DNA of 64,000 nt. Origin: TPA_inf: Saccharomyces. Its lineage: Eukaryota. Numbering within the stretch: the stretch's first letter is position 1; the number at the start of each line of letters is the position of its first letter. Made by a program: the position numbers and the translations under genes. A model generated the notes under the pieces. It saw nothing but the letters and a program-made list of their open reading frames with translations. It was not told the origin of the DNA and searched no databases. Of this stretch, positions 60,601 through 64,000 are shown piece after piece. The DNA lies in the NCBI GenBank assembly GCA_000146045.2, contig BK006938.2:288001-352000 (forward strand). Reading direction: 5' to 3'.

Positions 60601-63037
60601 GTCTCTAATAAAAGCTGTAGAAGAGTCAAAAAACGAAAGCAGCATACAATTGTCTAATTTGCAAAATAAAATTGATTCTATGTCACAGGAAAAAGAAAAT
60701 TTTCAAATAGAAAGAGGCAGTATAGAAAAAAATATCGAACAACTAAAAAAAACCATCTCTGACTTAGAACAAACGAAGGAGGAAATTATCTCAAAATCCG
60801 ATTCTTCAAAAGATGAATATGAGTCCCAGATTAGTCTCTTGAAAGAAAAATTAGAAACGGCGACAACAGCAAACGATGAAAACGTGAATAAAATCTCAGA
60901 ATTGACTAAAACTAGGGAAGAGCTGGAAGCCGAGTTAGCAGCTTATAAAAATCTCAAAAATGAACTTGAAACAAAACTAGAAACTTCAGAGAAAGCTTTG
61001 AAAGAAGTTAAAGAAAACGAGGAGCATTTAAAAGAAGAGAAAATTCAACTCGAGAAGGAGGCCACTGAAACCAAACAGCAACTCAACAGCCTACGTGCCA
61101 ATTTAGAATCATTAGAAAAAGAGCATGAAGATTTAGCAGCTCAGTTGAAGAAGTACGAGGAGCAAATTGCCAACAAGGAAAGGCAATATAACGAGGAAAT
61201 ATCTCAATTAAATGATGAGATTACTTCCACTCAACAAGAAAATGAATCAATTAAGAAAAAAAATGACGAACTGGAGGGCGAAGTTAAAGCAATGAAGAGC
61301 ACTTCAGAGGAACAATCAAATTTGAAAAAGTCAGAGATTGATGCCTTAAATTTGCAAATTAAAGAGCTGAAAAAGAAGAACGAAACGAACGAAGCCAGTT
61401 TATTGGAGTCAATCAAAAGTGTAGAATCAGAAACGGTAAAAATTAAAGAATTACAAGACGAATGTAACTTTAAAGAAAAGGAAGTTAGTGAATTGGAAGA
61501 CAAACTCAAGGCCTCAGAAGATAAGAACTCTAAATATTTGGAGCTACAGAAGGAATCGGAGAAGATAAAAGAAGAACTAGATGCTAAAACGACTGAACTA
61601 AAAATTCAATTGGAAAAGATCACTAATTTATCTAAGGCCAAGGAGAAATCAGAATCTGAGTTGTCTAGATTGAAGAAGACATCTTCTGAGGAAAGAAAAA
61701 ATGCAGAGGAGCAATTGGAAAAATTGAAAAATGAAATACAAATCAAAAATCAGGCCTTCGAAAAGGAAAGAAAGCTACTTAATGAAGGATCTTCAACAAT
61801 TACACAAGAATATTCTGAAAAGATCAATACTTTGGAAGATGAATTAATTAGGCTACAAAATGAAAACGAATTAAAAGCCAAAGAGATCGATAATACGAGG
61901 AGTGAACTAGAGAAGGTTAGTTTAAGCAATGATGAGCTTTTAGAAGAGAAACAAAACACAATAAAAAGCTTACAAGATGAAATTCTTTCATATAAAGACA
62001 AAATAACTAGAAATGACGAAAAGCTTCTATCAATAGAGCGAGATAATAAACGAGACCTGGAGAGCTTGAAAGAACAACTCCGGGCTGCACAAGAATCCAA
62101 AGCTAAAGTTGAAGAAGGGCTGAAAAAACTTGAGGAAGAATCTTCAAAAGAGAAAGCAGAGCTTGAAAAGTCTAAAGAAATGATGAAAAAGCTAGAGAGT
62201 ACGATTGAGAGCAATGAAACGGAGTTGAAATCCTCAATGGAAACCATAAGGAAATCAGATGAAAAATTAGAACAGTCGAAAAAAAGTGCTGAGGAGGATA
62301 TTAAAAACTTGCAACATGAGAAGTCAGATTTGATATCCCGAATCAACGAATCTGAAAAGGATATTGAAGAACTGAAAAGTAAACTGAGGATCGAAGCAAA
62401 ATCTGGCTCTGAACTAGAAACCGTAAAACAAGAGCTAAATAACGCACAAGAAAAAATAAGGATCAACGCAGAAGAAAATACAGTTTTGAAATCTAAATTA
62501 GAAGATATAGAACGTGAACTCAAAGACAAGCAAGCCGAAATAAAAAGTAATCAAGAAGAAAAAGAATTACTAACTTCGCGCCTCAAGGAATTAGAACAGG
62601 AATTAGATAGCACCCAACAGAAGGCACAAAAATCCGAGGAAGAACGTAGGGCCGAAGTCAGGAAGTTTCAAGTCGAAAAGTCTCAACTTGATGAAAAAGC
62701 CATGTTGCTTGAAACTAAATACAACGATTTGGTGAATAAAGAGCAAGCATGGAAAAGGGATGAAGATACTGTTAAAAAGACAACCGATTCTCAGAGACAA
62801 GAAATTGAAAAGTTGGCTAAAGAACTGGATAACTTGAAGGCAGAGAACTCTAAGTTGAAGGAAGCTAACGAAGATCGTTCGGAAATTGATGACTTGATGC
62901 TCTTGGTTACTGACCTAGATGAGAAAAACGCCAAATATCGCTCAAAGCTGAAGGATTTGGGCGTTGAAATTAGTTCGGATGAAGAGGATGATGAAGAAGA
63001 TGATGAAGAAGACGAGGAAGAAGGGCAAGTGGCATGA
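57665..63037 (+). CDS. USO1: ER-to-Golgi vesicle tethering factor (p115 homolog): N-terminal ARM globular head, a coiled-coil of about 1000 aa, and an acidic tail; 1790 aa
   Basis: 1790 aa. The first ~700 aa are armadillo-like; the rest is a continuous E/K/L-rich heptad coiled coil, ending in SSDEEDDEEDDEEDEEEGQVA. Confidence 0.92.
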   Translation: MDIIQGLIQQPKIQSVDETIPTLCDRVENSTLISDRRSAVLGLKAFSRQYRESVIASGLKPLLNTLKRDYMDEDSVKAILETILILFIRGDGHDDLTRGWISQQSRLQNGKYPSPLVMKQEKEQVDQFSLWIADALTQSEDLIHLLVEFWEIDNFHIRLYTIQLLEAVMATRPLKARSALISLPTSISTMVSLLDDMHEPIRDEAILLLMAVVNDSPHVQKLVAFENIFERLFSIIEEEGGLRGSLVVNDCLSLINNILKYNTSNQTLFLETGNLPKLAHLLSEPISQDEVFFWNDQRIVNINTALDIVSLTVEPGNTVTTKHQNALLDSSVLMVVLRLAFFHNIPKKVRPVALLTAANMVRSNEHAQLEFSKIDVPYFDPSLPVNSTANGGPIKLIPVVSILINWMLYANSVHTFDTRVACSRLLKAYFMDNFDLQRDFLLKQVQLCNNSTNNVGDNAKENGGSNKSDKESDSDKDTDGKDGTEYEGSFKANLFEVLLNYDAELNLNPFKLFFTTDIFMFFFQQDHKYSEELREITRNVTTGNDLEDEEPLKAIQTISELLTTSLTAADIRIPISYLTFLIYWLFGDFKATNDFLSDKSVIKSLLSFSYQIQDEDVTIKCLVTMLLGVAYEFSSKESPFPRKEYFEFITKTLGKDNYASRIKQFKKDSYFSKVDMNEDSILTPELDETGLPKVYFSTYFIQLFNENIYRIRTALSHDPDEEPINKISFEEVEKLQRQCTKLKGEITSLQTETESTHENLTEKLIALTNEHKELDEKYQILNSSHSSLKENFSILETELKNVRDSLDEMTQLRDVLETKDKENQTALLEYKSTIHKQEDSIKTLEKGLETILSQKKKAEDGINKMGKDLFALSREMQAVEENCKNLQKEKDKSNVNHQKETKSLKEDIAAKITEIKAINENLEEMKIQCNNLSKEKEHISKELVEYKSRFQSHDNLVAKLTEKLKSLANNYKDMQAENESLIKAVEESKNESSIQLSNLQNKIDSMSQEKENFQIERGSIEKNIEQLKKTISDLEQTKEEIISKSDSSKDEYESQISLLKEKLETATTANDENVNKISELTKTREELEAELAAYKNLKNELETKLETSEKALKEVKENEEHLKEEKIQLEKEATETKQQLNSLRANLESLEKEHEDLAAQLKKYEEQIANKERQYNEEISQLNDEITSTQQENESIKKKNDELEGEVKAMKSTSEEQSNLKKSEIDALNLQIKELKKKNETNEASLLESIKSVESETVKIKELQDECNFKEKEVSELEDKLKASEDKNSKYLELQKESEKIKEELDAKTTELKIQLEKITNLSKAKEKSESELSRLKKTSSEERKNAEEQLEKLKNEIQIKNQAFEKERKLLNEGSSTITQEYSEKINTLEDELIRLQNENELKAKEIDNTRSELEKVSLSNDELLEEKQNTIKSLQDEILSYKDKITRNDEKLLSIERDNKRDLESLKEQLRAAQESKAKVEEGLKKLEEESSKEKAELEKSKEMMKKLESTIESNETELKSSMETIRKSDEKLEQSKKSAEEDIKNLQHEKSDLISRINESEKDIEELKSKLRIEAKSGSELETVKQELNNAQEKIRINAEENTVLKSKLEDIERELKDKQAEIKSNQEEKELLTSRLKELEQELDSTQQKAQKSEEERRAEVRKFQVEKSQLDEKAMLLETKYNDLVNKEQAWKRDEDTVKKTTDSQRQEIEKLAKELDNLKAENSKLKEANEDRSEIDDLMLLVTDLDEKNAKYRSKLKDLGVEISSDEEDDEEDDEEDEEEGQVA

Positions 63038-63433
63038 TAGAGTTAAAATATGTGCATAAACAAATCGCTTGAACGATCTGTTTGATTATGTGGGCAGCAC
63101 TACTTTTTTGTAATTATATATGCATATATACATTTTACTGACACTAAATGTTATATTTTCTATAACATCTAACATTACTTCACGCCTTCTAATTAAAGTA
63201 TAGTTTGTGCAAACAATATGTGAGCTCACGTAGACAATTGTCTAATATATCATTAATGTCCCTTGCATAGAACTTCCTTTTTTTTTCTCAGCGTCGCAAT
63301 ATCTCTGTCGAGAAACGCTTACGCATTATAATAAGCCAAGGAAAAATAGCGAAAAGCCGATGCAGATCTACAGGAGTGATGAAAGTACTAAAAAGATCAG
63401 AAAAGGGAATATTTGTCAAATAACCAAGTCGAA

Positions 63434-64000
63434 ATGGAAAAAAAACATGTCACTGTGCAAATACAAAGTGCTCCCCCCTCCTATATCAAATTGGAAGCAA
63501 ATGAAAAATTCGTATATATTACAAGTACAATGAACGGCTTATCTTATCAAATTGCGGCTATAGTTTCATACCCAGAAAAGAGAAATTCATCAACTGCAAA
63601 TAAAGAAGATGGTAAATTACTGTGCAAGGAAAATAAACTAGCATTGTTACTACACGGAAGTCAATCTCACAAGAACGCTATTTATCAAACTTTACTAGCA
63701 AAAAGGCTGGCCGAATTCGGATATTGGGTACTAAGAATAGATTTTAGGGGCCAAGGTGATTCCTCAGATAACTGCGACCCTGGCCTTGGTAGGACGCTCG
63801 CTCAGGATCTTGAAGATTTGAGTACAGTATACCAAACAGTATCTGACAGGTCTCTTAGGGTGCAATTGTACAAAACTAGTACAATATCACTGGACGTGGT
63901 TGTGGCACATTCTAGAGGATCTCTTGCCATGTTCAAATTCTGTCTAAAATTACATGCAGCTGAATCTCCATTACCGTCTCACCTGATCAATTGCGCTGGA
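63434..64000 (+). CDS. Uncharacterised alpha/beta-hydrolase-fold protein, N-terminal 189 codons; continues past the window
   Basis: ATG at 63434 (MEKKHVTVQIQSAPPSYIKLEAN...LLLHGSQSHKNAIYQ...VVAHSRGSLAMFK), open to the window end. HG oxyanion motif and a GHSxG-like nucleophile elbow (AHSRG). Position corresponds to YDL057W. Confidence 0.75.
   Translation, partial: MEKKHVTVQIQSAPPSYIKLEANEKFVYITSTMNGLSYQIAAIVSYPEKRNSSTANKEDGKLLCKENKLALLLHGSQSHKNAIYQTLLAKRLAEFGYWVLRIDFRGQGDSSDNCDPGLGRTLAQDLEDLSTVYQTVSDRSLRVQLYKTSTISLDVVVAHSRGSLAMFKFCLKLHAAESPLPSHLINCAG

Noticed and set aside
61750-62529. 259-aa Ser/Phe/Leu-rich minus-strand ORF and other antisense ORFs inside USO1 (59812-60126, 61231-61509, 62603-62800)
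   Set aside because: The USO1 coiled-coil is built from GAA/AAG/GAG/TTG codons, whose reverse complements (TTC/CTT/CTC/CAA) are stop-free. These long antisense S/F/L frames are a compositional artefact.
63360-63536. 58-codon ATG-initiated ORF (MQIYRSDEST...) just upstream of, and overlapping, the YDL057W start in another frame
   Set aside because: Short, out of frame with the hydrolase ORF, and no recognisable motif. It could act as an upstream ORF, but I have no evidence for that.

Overview
This window is nuclear DNA from Saccharomyces cerevisiae, chromosome IV left arm, running from inside PMT1 (YDL095W) to the start of YDL057W. From memory of S288C this is roughly chrIV 288,001-352,000; I could not verify that offset, so treat it as recollection. 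I assigned it by reading the translated ORFs, which match known yeast proteins: a DEAD-box helicase (SUB2), GSK3 kinase (MRK1), malate dehydrogenase ending in SKL (MDH3), NADP-isocitrate dehydrogenase (IDP1), ribosomal proteins, a RING E3 (BRE1) and the USO1 coiled-coil. Gene order and protein lengths match the yeast map. The window is gene-dense: about 37 protein-coding genes, with intergenic spacers mostly under 1 kb. Five genes are spliced (RPS16B, RPL13A, MRK1, RPL31A, UBC9), each with a yeast-type GTATGT or GTAAGT donor, a TACTAAC branchpoint and an AG acceptor. Two genes shorter than 60 codons (COX9, RPS29B) are missing from the supplied ORF track; I found them by reading the sequence. 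One C/D-box snoRNA (snR63) sits in the RPL31A-BRE1 gap. I see no CRISPR array, prokaryotic operon, transposon, Ty LTR, tRNA gene, or obviously novel system. The findings are therefore modest: an unusually close branchpoint and acceptor in the MRK1 intron, alternative in-frame start codons, microsatellites, paralog and ribosomal-gene organisation, and conserved motifs in two uncharacterised hydrolase-family ORFs. The ORF track evidently accepts non-ATG starts (for example TTG at 34704 and GTG at 20858 printed as M), so I chose start codons by reading the sequence.
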